DNA of 63,137 nt, filler included, from Atractiella rhizophila (taxonomy: Eukaryota), in NCBI GenBank assembly GCA_021432655.1. It is 8 parts of 7 records of this genome, joined end to end, with 100 filler letters (N's around TTAATTAATTAA, not from the genome) between each part and the next. Parts side by side here need not be neighbours in the genome. Positions count along the whole stretch, not along the records: positions 1 to 12,462 come from MU272006.1; 7 more parts are not named here. One strand, written 5' to 3'. Position numbers and translations under genes: made by a program. Shown one piece after another: positions 1 to 12,562 of this stretch. Every line of letters begins with the position of its first letter. Position 1 is the stretch's first letter. The notes beneath the pieces are model-generated. The model worked only from the letters and a program-made list of their open reading frames with translations, was not told the origin of the DNA and did no database searches.

Positions 1-1214
1 ATGAAGAGGGTTTATCAGGCCACAACCGAAGAAGATTTGAAGGATTGGATTGCGGCAATTTCGAACTCGATAGAATCTTTGTTGAACGGGTAAAGTTCTT
101 CACCTTAGACTACCATGAGGGGCTGAATCATTGACAGAACAAGTACCGTCTCTCCTGGTCGAACACCTAACTTCCTAGGCGATGCTGGAGGACTAAATAT
201 ATCTGGTCGACAGTCGGAGTTGGGGATTCTCCCCTCTTCTACCAGCTTGGGTCATGTCTTTTCCAATTTCAACAAACCACTCTCTCGGAAAGGATCCAAC
301 ACAAAAGCAGCCAGGAAGCGCGAATCTCTTCCCGCTAGATCGCCACCGACCGTTCTTAATCCCACTTTCGAGGAAAGCGACGACGCTTCGTCTATGATTG
401 GCCCATCTAAACGTCCTAATCATGTTATGACACTTTCTGAGGGCTCAAAGTCCCTCACTTCCTTCTTCCCCCTTCTTAATGGAGCGATCGAACCAACAAC
501 TCCCCTCGATCTGTCTGGCCCTAAATCTCCCAAAGAATCTTCTCCTCGGAGAGTATCCACAGGAAGCATGGTGGTAATCTCAAAGAACTCACATTATCCA
601 AACGAGGAGGACATGTACAATCACCATGACCAGCGCATCGAAATGGCAGTACAGTCTCTGGCGGGTTCCAAAGAGAACAAAGAGAGGAACGCGGCGAGAC
701 TGAAAAACTTGAAAGACTTGAACGGGAATACCGTTTGTGCTGATTGCCAACGACCGGATCCGCGTTGGGCTTCATGGAAGCGAGTACCCTTCCTTATTTT
801 GTGTATCACGTGCTCAACCTGGGTGAACAGTTTGGGCGTTTTCATTTGCATTTCCTGCTCTGGGGTCCACCGTTCGCTTGGGACGCATATTAGCAAGGTT
901 AGGAGTGTTGATTTGGATGGTTCGTATTTGAACTGCCTCTTTAGCTTGGAGACTGATGATGTTACAGATTGGAGCGACGATCATTTAAAAAACATGGAAA
1001 GCATCGGAAACAACGCGTCAAATTTATACTGGGAGGCGAAACTTCCTCCTGCTGAGAAGCCGGGACCTGAGTACGTCTCCTCATCGTTCCAGTCCATTTT
1101 GCAGAAATTGAATCTCTGTGCAGGTCAAAAAATCTCACTGAATTTATCAAGGCCAAATATGCGGAAAAGAAATGGGTAAAGAGCGGATCGTCTCTGAGCA
1201 GTTCGAAAACTTGA
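1..1214 (+). CDS. PH + ArfGAP domain protein (centaurin/ACAP-like), 5'-partial, spliced
   Basis: PH tail (YQATTEEDLKDWIAAI); ArfGAP zinc finger CADC..[36 protein letters not shown]; C-terminal FIKAKYAEKKW; introns ~90-138, 780-830, 920-968, 1071-1123; TGA 1212-1214. Confidence 0.9.
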
Positions 1215-1527
1215 AGGTTCATGACGAATTATCATACCCAATGTGACATCTGGCTGTATTAAGTATTTCGGTCAGCGATTTGAGCTCATCGCTCTTTGTA
1301 TTTATGTCTCATGTCTTCCCTACCATTTACAGTAGGATGTAGAATACGCATTTGATTTGGTTCCTGTTGTCACAATATCATATTAATGTATTTCTTGCTC
1401 AATCAGGGAATGATGCGTTGAGTTTGGTCTAAAGAGAAAACGCTTGATCTCCCTGGACGGCTCCTCCTTCAACCTTCTGCATTGTTCCTCACATTCAGTC
1501 CTGTGAGCTATACGCTCGCTTCTGACC

Positions 1528-2030
1528 GTGCAAGCAGACGAGAAGGCTAGCAACGGCTACGTTCTCTCCCTCCAAACCTTCCTTCGCCGCAAACGGCTTC
1601 GCCTCCTCGGCTCAGTCGAGCTCATTGGTGGCTTAGGTTCCCTTGTCTCACCGGCTCAGAGGACGGCGTCCTTGGTTGACAGTGTCCTCCTCATCCCCGA
1701 CATCAATCTACGACGTTTGGCCATCAAGTGGCGCGCTGGCCGCTTCGGATTCAGCCGAACCTGCTCCTGTGGTCTCCCTTTCTCTCGCGGCCATGTTCAA
1801 TGTTTGATTGCATCCCTCGGTTTCTTCTCTTCTGTTGACTGCCCTTTCACGGATCTCTCACGGTTCTCCTCAGTTCCTCTACCTTCTTTCCCCAATTCTT
1901 CAATCTTAGATTCTCTCACTGCTCATAGAGATAACTCATTTCTTCCATTGCTTATCAAACCCTCCTTGTCTGGTTCAACTTCCTTAGTTCATAACTGATC
2001 CGTAGTCATTCCTGCAAATTCACTCTTAAC
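1528..2030 (+). mobile_element. Probable 3' relic of a non-LTR retrotransposon ORF
   Basis: Intronless ORF with VDSVLLIPD..RRLAIKWRAG..CSCG..SRGHVQC, resembling from memory the Cys/His C-terminus of fungal non-LTR RT proteins; no RT core present. Confidence 0.4.
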
Positions 2031-2521
2031 CCCCCCTTGAAGCAACCCTAAGCTTCTCAAGAGAGTTTACGCGTAGTCTCGCTTGCGTGTCCTGTTTAGA
2101 AATGCCAGGAGATAAACCCAAAACAAAGGATAATAACCTTTCGAACCTTATCTGCATCTGATCTAGCCCTAACCCTATAGTGAACCCTACGTCGGAACAC
2201 CTCCTCTTGAGGCAAACATTTCATTTCCAACACGTATACGAGTCTCAATCACTGCCTTAGGCTGCAAGCGAAAGGATCACTGATTGTGGAAAGTGTGATC
2301 GAGGTATATTGTCAAAAATTGTGAGTTTTTTTCACCCTCCAAACACTATGATTTATTTGTCACTCCCCTTGTCCTGCAGAACATCCCTCGCATCTAATCC
2401 CAGACAAAGAATTATCTTCCGCTGCAGATATTCTGTGGAATTTATTTTACAACCCTAAGCAACATCTTGAGTTGACTATTTCCTCTTTTTCACCCACTCC
2501 TACTCAAACCGAACCTCCAAC

Positions 2522-5322
2522 ATGTCAACTCCTCGACAGCCTTCCGAACAGCCTTCCGACCCACCAAGCAACGGCTCGTCCAAATCAAATATGACATCGA
2601 AGGAGCCCGTAACTCGACCCCAAGCTGCTGTTCGAAGAGAGTTGAAGAATTTACACTCCACCTATCGAAATTCAGCAAATCGATCGAATCTCCATTCTAT
2701 AGAAGTGGACGTAGATTTGGACCGCTCATCCCGCGCTGGTAGAAAAAGTATCTCCCAGAATCCAAACATTTACAGTCAAAGATTGAACAGGAAGCGAAAG
2801 ATCGATACGCCTGTTGGGGATGCGGTCGAGGACGATGACGAACCGTACGATACGAGCCAGGTTAAACCACTCCTTCGTACTTCTGTTTCATCCAGCTCCT
2901 TCTACGGAGCTTCCCGAAAATCCTTCTTCAACGCAGATATAGGGCAAAACTCTGCAATATTTGAACCAGGAGAAGACGGAGGTGGCGCAACATCTTCTAC
3001 CTCACAGCTTCTAGGTACAACTGACGCTAATCGAGAAGAAGTCGACATTTCTCGGGGTTTCTTTCATGTTGATCCCACTCGCAAGCAGCAAAGCATCAGC
3101 ATTCCCGAGGGGACACCTCCTTCCGAGTCTTCTTCATCGAAAGGTAAAGATAGGCAGCTGCCTATCCTTGACCTTCCGGTTCCTCCACCCGATTCTACGA
3201 CTTCCCATTTTACTCCCGAAATCACGATCGCGGCAAACAAGAGGAGTCCCATAAAGAAAACCGCTACAATACAGAAATCCAAGCGGAGGAGTGAATTATC
3301 CCCGAGCGGAGACGGTCTGCCTCTGGCCATTCCCACTCTGACAGTCATTCCGCCGCCTGAAGAAATCGAGAAATCTGGAACAGGATCGGACCTGTCTTCC
3401 CCCTTATCGCACGTCAGCGATAGTCCGGAAGGTGTTCCGAGAGGAATAGAGGATGACGCCGACGTATTTGCAGAAGAGTCTAAAAGTGTCTCTAATGATG
3501 CACATTCAGAGATCGGAACGGGAACTTCCACTCCTAAAACGACGGCAGTTCGTGGCCGCGGACGTGGTAGGGGGAGGGGTAGACCGAGGGGACGCGCTGG
3601 GATGGTGAGGGACGGAGCTACATCGCGGGCAAACAGTAGCAGCAGAGCAGGAAGCGCACGTTTAGAGGCTGGTTCTACGAGAGGGAGAAAAAGAAAGCGC
3701 AGTGGGACACCTGCTGTGGAGGAGCGGAGAAGTTTGCCGAAGCGGAGTGGGTGATCTCCAAGCCCCATCTTTACGTAGCTAAGGAGTACATCTAGCCGTC
3801 CAACTGAGCAAAGTCGATATTGGACAGAGAATCGAAGAAAAAAAGCTGTAAAGTTTCTTTCTGTCTGAACCAACGCAACTTCAACCGAGTTTAGGGAACT
3901 TACCTCCGTTGAGCATGAACTTCAACTCCTCGACAACGGAACCCATCCTGCTCTGTCCCAAATTTTTGCCATTATGGACAATGACTGGCAATTTAAGAAG
4001 CGTGGAATGATCAGGACTCAGGAAGTGCAAGAAGTTTGGTTGGCAGATCAGCTGAGGCACAAGGAGAACGCTATTTGGGCTGGTTGGAGGGTTTGTCATC
4101 TCCTTCTTGATGGGAGCGGATAAGTCATCTCATTACCTGTAGGGTAACGTGCGGTCCCTGTTGGAGGCTGCTCGGAATGACGCGGACATGGACAAAAGTG
4201 GTCTCAAAATCGAGATGGAAACCATTGACGGTATTATCATAAATTTCGCCAACCATTTTCCTTTTCTGAAAAATGACTCTAGAATTCGACGCGAAAAACG
4301 AGGTTCGTGGCGTGGAAGGAGTGCAGAAGATATTTCCATCGCCTGTCGCCGTCCCAGTCACGCTCGACTGGCACAAACGGCTTAGACCCGATCAGAATGG
4401 ATGGCAACTCACGCCTACTGAGATTGAAAACGACATGATCCTCTTTCAAGCAGCAAGGGAGAGTGCAGCGGTCGAAGCGCGAAGGAACGAGGGGCGATTT
4501 GATCAAGTTATGCATGCGCAAGATATTGCCAATTCGCGACCGAGGCGCGTGCCAAAAGACGAAGCAGTGGTGAAGGAGAGTACAAAGGATAGACCCTTGC
4601 CCAAGTTGCAACCGAAGACACCTATGCCTCAACCGAACCTCCACATCCAGCCTCAATACCAATCGATGCTCAGACCGATCCAGACCAAGCCTGTCGTGCC
4701 GCGCTATTCCCACGCTGAGCTCAGGACCCATGTCCGCTCTCAGCTTGCTGCTCCTTCTGCTACTTTCCTTCATCAACCTCACAACGGACCACCTCCGACG
4801 TCAATGGAAGAACACCCGGAATCCCAACTTCATGGACTTCATCCACCTGAACCTTTTCCCCACCCTCACACTCAAATCGCGCACCACTTTCAACCACAGC
4901 TTCCAACTGAATTGTTAACTCAACCACAAACAGGCATCCATCCTCAACCACAGCCTAGCGTACATCTAGCGCAGCCGCAACCACCACCCATCTCTCCATC
5001 AGTACATTCCGTCAACCCAATATTCAACTTTCGTGACGATCGCAGCGGGGATCTCCCAATTTCCAACAGGTTAGATTCTGATACCAAACTACCGCCTCTA
5101 GTCGAATTATCGACGGCCACATCTGTGCTCGTGTCTTCCCAAAGCATGAAAGAGCAGGATGAGAGAACGAGGAGTGAAAGCGATACCAGCGGCGATTCCG
5201 GTGTGCTGAGGATCACAAAGGTGCAGCTTCCAGCCATAGGGCAGGAAACTCACAGTGGAAAGGATAAGGAGAAAGAGAACTCGGACGATGACGGAATCCT
5301 GACTATTACCAGGTTGACATAA
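2522..5322 (+). CDS. Sds3-like family protein (Sin3/Rpd3L-associated), largely disordered, spliced
   Basis: Internal exon ~3895-4090 reads ELTSVEHELQLLDNGTHPALSQ.. (Sds3-type GTHP motif then a coiled segment); long S/R-rich first exon and P/Q/H-rich last exon. Confidence 0.6.
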
Positions 5323-6052
5323 TAGGAGATTTGTGAGCTTTCCTGAGCTTTTGTTCTTGTTAAAATGGTAACGGAATCCGTAGAGAGAGGATCCAAATCG
5401 GTTCAGTGCTATGATAAGTATTTAGTTGGAGTGTTTAGCATTTTACATCCGAAATATTTCTTTAGGTTCAGTTACGTTTCACAGCAGTTTCCGTTTATAT
5501 ACTTGTTTACCACATAAACCCGCAGGTTAGTGATACATGTCGAAATTGACGAAAGACTCACATGCCTCAATACCGCTTCCCGTTTCCTCCTTGTGGAAGA
5601 ACAACCATACCTTCTTCTTCCGGCGTCGGCGCGTAAGCTTTGGAAGCCGCCATAAACCTATGTGACCACAAATGAACGAAAGAAAGGAAACTACAGGTGG
5701 AACACGCACCAACTGGCCTGTAAAACACCTAAATTGCGAATCGCGTCTGACTGCTCCACTGTCACCGTCATAAGTTCTGAAAAGGTATCAAGCCTCTTTT
5801 CTAGCTCTTGTAGTTGATTTGAAAGGTGGGCTACCTGCTTTTGCTTCTGCGAAGACATTGATGGTAGTCGTTCTGAGGGTAATTGTTCTTGATCTTGTCG
5901 ATATTGGAAAATGCCGCCACTTTATTGTAGCTTCGGGCAGATTTTTCCGTGTAAGTTCGGACTGTATTGATAATTTCGATGATGTCACTTGTTCATTCCC
6001 AGACCAGAAAGAACACGACGATCTCCTCGCATCAATCCCAAGAATCGTAAAG

Positions 6053-9000
6053 ATGCCAAAAGGAAAAGGAACAGGAACATCTAAAACTTCAGCTACCCCA
6101 GCAACGCCAGGGAGCGTACCCACTACCACGAAATCTCATGACGCGGTGAAGCCAGGTGAAAACGACGCGGGTAGGGCATCGGTAAAAGAAGCAACAGTGG
6201 TGGGATTCGAGGAGCTCAAGAGATTGGAAAGTGTGACAATTTATGATTTACAATTGGAAGACGATGGTTCTCCATCTAAGGAACGAGCTGTACGTTCTTT
6301 TCTGCCTCAGAATGCGATGGGAGAAGTTTATGGGCATTGTTAGTACATTCGTCTGCCTGCTCCCTTTGAACCCTACATTTTGAGATTTACAATTGACGCT
6401 GGTTCCACGGCGTCGAAAGGAGGCATTTTGTACACCAACTTCCCCTTGGATGGAAGCCCGTTTGAGAGAACCAAGTTTCATGAGCAACCGTATGTCTACC
6501 TCCCGAAAGAAGGGGTTTGAGTTAAGACAATCACATTGGGTAGATTGCCCCAAGATTTTTCTCAACCTATCCAAATCTCCCTCCCTATCACCCGTTCCGG
6601 TGCCTACGAGTTCTACATCTCCTACCTTACCAATGGCTCTCACGAGTCCTCGGCTGTCCGGGTTCGATCCACCTCTGGATACTTCAACGTCGAACCATGT
6701 CTTCGCGTGCCAGGTAGAAATCCAATCCTTGGTCCTGACGGGGGCAAGATCTTGAAGGAGGATGTAAACCTACCAATGGATGGACTCGTCATTCAATCCG
6801 TTATCGCGAAATGGATGGGTTCGATTGACCAGTGGACGCCACACCTGGAGAATATCACGTATCGTGGCTATAATATGCTTCATTTCACCCCCTTGCAAGT
6901 CAGAGGTGTGAGCAACTCGCCATACAGCATCTTCGATCAGTTGGCTTTTTCGAAGGATCTTTTTAAGGATGGAAAAGTGGGTGGAGACGGTACTGGAGTA
7001 GAAGAAATGCGCGAGTTCTTGAAGAAGGTTAAAGCTACCTATGGGCTCTTGAGCCTTACAGACGTAGTGTGGAATCATACAGCCAACAGTTCCAAGTGGC
7101 TGCAGGATCATCCCGAGAGTGGTACGTCTTCCAGTTGCTTCTCACTCTGGGAAACGCAAGTTAATAAGAAATGAAGGATATAACGTCGTCAATTCTCCTC
7201 ATCTCCTGTCAGCTCTTGAATTGGATGATGCGCTTGTGGACATGTCAGATTCACTCGCCACATTAGGCCTTCCTGATGAGCTGAAAACCCCCGATGATCT
7301 GGATAAAATCATGTCCCACATTGAAAACGTCATTATCCCTCGCCTCAAGCTGTGGGAATACTACACAATTGATGTCGCCTCGGAAAAGGACAAGTTCCTG
7401 AAAGGCTGGAGAGACGGAGGAAAGGTTGTTTTCGAGGTTGCGAGTGAGGGAGAGACCAAAGGAACGCTTGGAGAAGGGCAGAAGGAGATCCCTGAACTCA
7501 TCATGGAAAACGTGGACAGTCTCACCCGGCTGGAAATCGTGCAAGCATTTGCCAAACTTTGTCTTCCAAAGAATTGGGACAAGTTCCTTGGAGCGCGATA
7601 TAATGCACGAGTAGATCTAGCCAGTGCTTTAGCATTTACGAGGACGATATTGAAAAAGGATGGGTACAGGAAGGAGGAGGCAGAAGAGGCCGCGGCATGG
7701 CTAGCTAAGGTTTTGGACGATTTAAATGTGAAGCGATATGAGATGTGGGACGACGATAAGAAGGCTATTCTTCATAATATTCGTGGCAGAATTCAGTACA
7801 CGCGCCTGGCGGAACATGGACCAAAGCTGGGAAAGGTGACGAAGAAGTGCGCTCTTTCTTACCTGTCAGTCATAAGGTTCCTAAAGTGCGCATTAGGTCC
7901 TGCCTCTTTGAAGATTACTTCACTCGCCTCCCGAAGAACAGCACGACTGCGAAACACGACCCCCTGTCGCTCTCACTCGCCAACAACGGCTGGATCTGGA
8001 ATGCGGATCCGCTTGTCGACTTTGCAGGTCCGTCATCGCGCGCATATCTTCGTCGAGATGTGATCGCATGGGGAGACTGCGTCAAGCTTCGCTACGGTTC
8101 ATCACCTTCCGATAATCCCTGGCTTTGGGAACATATGATCAAGTACACGGAAGTTAGCGCAGAGCTCTTTGATGGCTTCAGACTCGACAATTGCCATTCG
8201 ACCCCCCTTCATGTTGGGGAGAAGCTACTAGATGCCGCTAGGAGAAAAAATGGGGACCTTTATGTTTGCGCGGAGCTGTTCACTGGAAGTCAGGAAATGG
8301 ATATGATTTTCGTGAAGAGGTTAGGAGTCAATAGCTTGATTAGAGAAGCCATGAGTGAATGATTCATTTATTATCTAGCGATTGCTGATATCTTGCAGAT
8401 GGTGGTGATCCAAAGAATCAGAGCTCATTGTTGTACAATTACGGTGTTGGCAAGCCTGTTGGTACGTCCCTCATCCGTTAACGAGTTACGTTGACTCGAG
8501 GATAGGTTCGATGGATGCCAATTGTCTCACAGAAGAATCCTCTATCTCGATGGCAGGAACATCCAAGTCTGCTGCCGTCATTCCTCTCCAAGGTCATACG
8601 CCTCATGCATTCATGATGGACTGCACGCATGACAATGAAGCGCCGGCCCAAAAGCGTACAGCTCGCGACGCTCTTCCTACTGGAGCGTTAGTTTCGTTCT
8701 GCTGGTCTGCAATTGGTAGCAATAAAGGTTTCGATGATCTCTACCCCAAATACCTCAACCTCGTGACTGATCCTAGGATGTACGAGGCTTATGATCATCA
8801 GAAGAAGGTTGGTGGTGATAACGGAATTGGAGAAGTCAAGAGGATCTTGAATCACTTGCACACGCAGATGGCTATTCAAGGATTTGTGGAGGGACATTTA
8901 CATCAGGAGAACGATGTGAGTTTCTGCGAAATCTCACTCAGTTCGCTCAAGACAGGACAGTATATCGTTTTCCACCGAGTGCATCCCATTACGCATGAGG

Positions 9001-11565
9001 GTTTTGTTCTCATTACCCACTGTGCTTTCAAAGGCACCGAGAATCAAACTGATAGAGGATACAGTGAGTCGCCACTCTGCTCCTCTAACACAATATTGAG
9101 CTTATGGATAGCACCGGACATCACCCTTCGAGGGTCGGAAGCATCGCTTATATTTGCATACGAACTGGATATCACGTCCCAAGTTGATGTCAACGACCCG
9201 AAGTGGCTGAAAGGCCTTCCAGCTCAACTGAAAAAAATTGAAGTTGTCACTCCGGACCTCAGGCACGATAATGCTGGACCGTATACACACATTGAGATTC
9301 CTCAAAAATTTCCTCCTGGAAGCGCCATGCTCTTTTCTACCAAAGTCTGCGGTCTACCCCCCGATTTCGACAGCTTCTGCCTTGCTGGTTTAAAGGATGC
9401 GCTGAGTGAATTAGACCTAGTAGATTTGAACATCCTGCTTTATCGCTGTGATGCCGAAGAAAAGGATTATACCAATGGTAGGTTTGCGTTGCTGATTATG
9501 GATCCATGGTTGACGTTGCCATTGGGCAGGACAAGATGGGACATACAACATTCCTGGACACGGAAGTTTGGTGTATTGCGGTTTGCAGGGCTGGGTAGGA
9601 CCACTGAGGAGAGTGATGCAGTACAACGATCTAGGTCACCCTATATGCGACCACTTACGAAAAGGTTCTTGGGCTTTGGATTATATCGTTGGGCGTTTAG
9701 AGAAGTGAGGGATTCTTCCGGTTGGACTCTGATTGACCCCGAGCAGGTATTCCAAAACGTTTCCACGGCTCACAAATCCTGCAGGCTGGTTCAGGCAGAA
9801 GTTTGATCGCGTCAAACAACTCGTTCCAGACTTTATGCGGCCAAAGTATTTCGCCATGATAGTCCACGCAGCTTTCAAGGCTGCCAGAAAACGAGCTCTC
9901 GAGCAGATGTCTCCCTTCGTTCGTGATGGACATTCGTTCACTCACGCCCTTGCGCTCACGTCCCTACAAATGCACGGGTGTGTGACAAGTGCATCTATTC
10001 ATCCGACACAGCAGCTTCCATCACTGGCTGCCGGACTACCTCACTTTACCACCGAATGGGCTCGCTGTTGGGGTCGAGATATTGGGATCAGTATGGGTGG
10101 ACTGTTTCTGATGACTGGTCAGTTCGAGGCAGCGAAACGGCACATCGAAGCTTTCTGCTCTACCCTCAAACATGGTCTCATGCCAAACCTTCTCGATTCG
10201 AATAAGCAACCTCGCTACAATTCTCGAGATTCTCCTTGGTGGATCTTACAGAACATTCAGGACTACGCGAGATACGCGAGTGAGGGGACAGACATTCTCA
10301 AAATGTCGGTAAAGAGACGATTTCCAAAAGACGATACGTGGATCTCGTGGGATGATCCGAAATGTTTTTCTTATTCATCTACGGTAGAAGAAGTCATCCA
10401 AGAGGTTTTCCAACGTCATGCTTCTGGAATCCACTTTATCGAATATAACGCAGGACCAAATCTCGACATGCAAATGAGTTCTGATGGTTTCAAGATTGAC
10501 ATTGAGGTAGATTGGGAGACTGGTTTCATCAAAGGTGGTAATGAGAGGAATTGCGGTACTTGGATGGACAAGATGGGGGAATCAGAGAAATCTGGTAGCA
10601 AAGGTTGGCCAGCTACACCAAGAGATGGGGCTCCAGTTGAGATTACGGGGCTGGTGAAGAGCTGTCTCAACTGGATAGTAGAGTTACATCAAAATGGCTT
10701 ATTCCGAGAAAGGGGGGTGACTACCATTGGTAAGTCTGCTTACAGTGCTCAGAGAAAGAACTGATTACTCTCACAGTACATGGGAAAGAGAAATTTGTCT
10801 CCTATCAGGAATGGCGGGATTTGATCCAGCAAAATTTCGAAAGATGTTATTTCATCCCTTTAGGTGGGTCTAATACTTCTGCGACGATTGGAGAGTAATG
10901 CCGAGAGCAGAGGAAACCGAGGATGCGAAATATTCTATCGATTCCTCCATCGTTCGCAGTCGTGGCATCTACAAAGACGTCTACGGCACCCCGGCACCTC
11001 GCACCTTCTCTGATTACCAGTTCCGTTGTAACTTTCCAATTGCAATGGCGCTTGCACCAGAACTCTTCACCCCCAATCATGCACTTCTTGCGCTTAGAAA
11101 TGTGGAAGATAGTCTTTGGGGAGAGAGTCAGTTGGGGATGAAAACGCTCGCAAAAGGTGATGAAATGTTCCGAGGGACATACGACCAACAGAACGATAGT
11201 TTGGATCGCAGCATTGCGAAAGGTTGGAACTATCATCAAGGGCCGGTCAGTAATCTTTATAGGTTAAGGGTGAATCTCAGCAGTTCTTTCAGGAATGGGT
11301 CTGGCCACTGGGCTACTTTCTTCGGGCTTACCTTCACTTTGACACTCAAGCGGGACAAGGCCAAAAAGATCCTAACGATACATTCCACAAACTTTATTCT
11401 TTCCTCATCCATCACCGAGCACATATAAGGGATGATTATTGGGCTGGTCTCCCGGAGTTGACGAATGAAGATGGAGTTTTTTGCAGAGACAGCTGCAGAA
11501 CACAGGCGTGGTCTGGCAGCACCATTTTGGAGGCTTTGGAGAAAGTCTGGAAAATGCAGCAGTGA
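6053..11565 (+). CDS. GDB1: Glycogen debranching enzyme (4-alpha-glucanotransferase/amylo-1,6-glucosidase), multi-exon
   Basis: [94 protein letters not shown] 11563-11565. Confidence 0.97.
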
Positions 11566-12069
11566 ACTTAAGGATCATTTTGTCCCTTTTCCTTGATTGT
11601 ATTTCTTCCAAGTCCTTGGTAGATCGCATTTTCAGAAGCAAGAACGAGAAGTAAACCGTAATGTGATTGAACGTATCTATTGTCACAAAAGTTTTCTTCT
11701 GTGCAGCCTTCCCTCGCTCGCCTGTCGTCGTTCCCCTCATTTTCTGTTGCCCACATCAGGATGTTTACCTTCCGAGTCTAGAACCGAGATTTCAGTGGGT
11801 ATTATTGAATTTAGACCAGACTCGGACTACTCAAGTACGAGACTGCAGGCACCTTGCTGCCACTATTGACTGCATGGAGCGCCATGGTGCCATCATGCAT
11901 GGTTGTCTTCGAGTTGGAGCAGCGCAGCGCTGAAGAACCCGCTGCCACTCGCACCAAAGAATATCCGGATCTGGCTGTTGAGAGGGACACATAAAACCTT
12001 CCTGTCTACTCACGCTCCACTCAAATCTGCTTTGCAATTGGTTTTTTTCGGTTCCTCCTTGAGTAAAGT

Positions 12070-12462
12070 ATGTCGCAATCTTATCACGCCCATCTCCCAG
12101 ACCTTTCAACACCTCGCTTCCAAGCTCTCGCAAAATCGGATTGCTTCTCCCACGCAGCTGCTTTCAAGGAAAGGAAACAGCCGCCATGGCTCCATGCATT
12201 GTGGGAGCATTGGAAGACGCTCTATCAGGAGCCACTCGTTGGTGTTACGAGCGACGGTGTGACATCCTCTTTGAATCAAGACCACAGCTCATAGTTTAGT
12301 AGGAACGGTGAAGGATGGTCTTTACGATGTTGGGGACGAAGAGTTCAACGTCCGACCCGTTGTCGAGGCTGCAAAGGTTGTTCTCAGCAAACTTAACGAT
12401 GAGGAGCGTTCCAAATCAAGTTCTCACATCGACTCGCCGGATTGGAGGACATGGTCAAACCC
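12070..12462 (+). CDS. DUF3500 family protein, 3'-truncated at contig end
   Basis: LPDLSTPRFQ, WKTLYQEPLVGVTSDG|TVKDGLY, DSPDWRTWSNP; intron ~12257-12302. Confidence 0.7.
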
Positions 12463-12562
12463 NNNNNNNNNNNNNNNNNNNNNNNNNNNNNNNNNNNNNN
12501 NNNNNNTTAATTAATTAANNNNNNNNNNNNNNNNNNNNNNNNNNNNNNNNNNNNNNNNNNNN
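12463..12562. other. Artificial contig spacer N44-TTAATTAATTAA-N44 (also 25018-25117, 37240-37339, 43410-43509, 52499-52598, 58783-58882, 61213-61312)
   Basis: Seven identical 100-nt blocks whose core has stops in all six frames; genes are cut at these junctions. Confidence 0.98.

Noticed and set aside
5819..6052. N-terminal extension of GDB1
   Set aside because: Starts at TTG and is not recognisable; ATG 6053 is the more plausible start.
12507..12518. TTAATTAATTAA as a biological repeat, TSD or CRISPR-like unit
   Set aside because: Always centred in identical N padding; a synthetic spacer.
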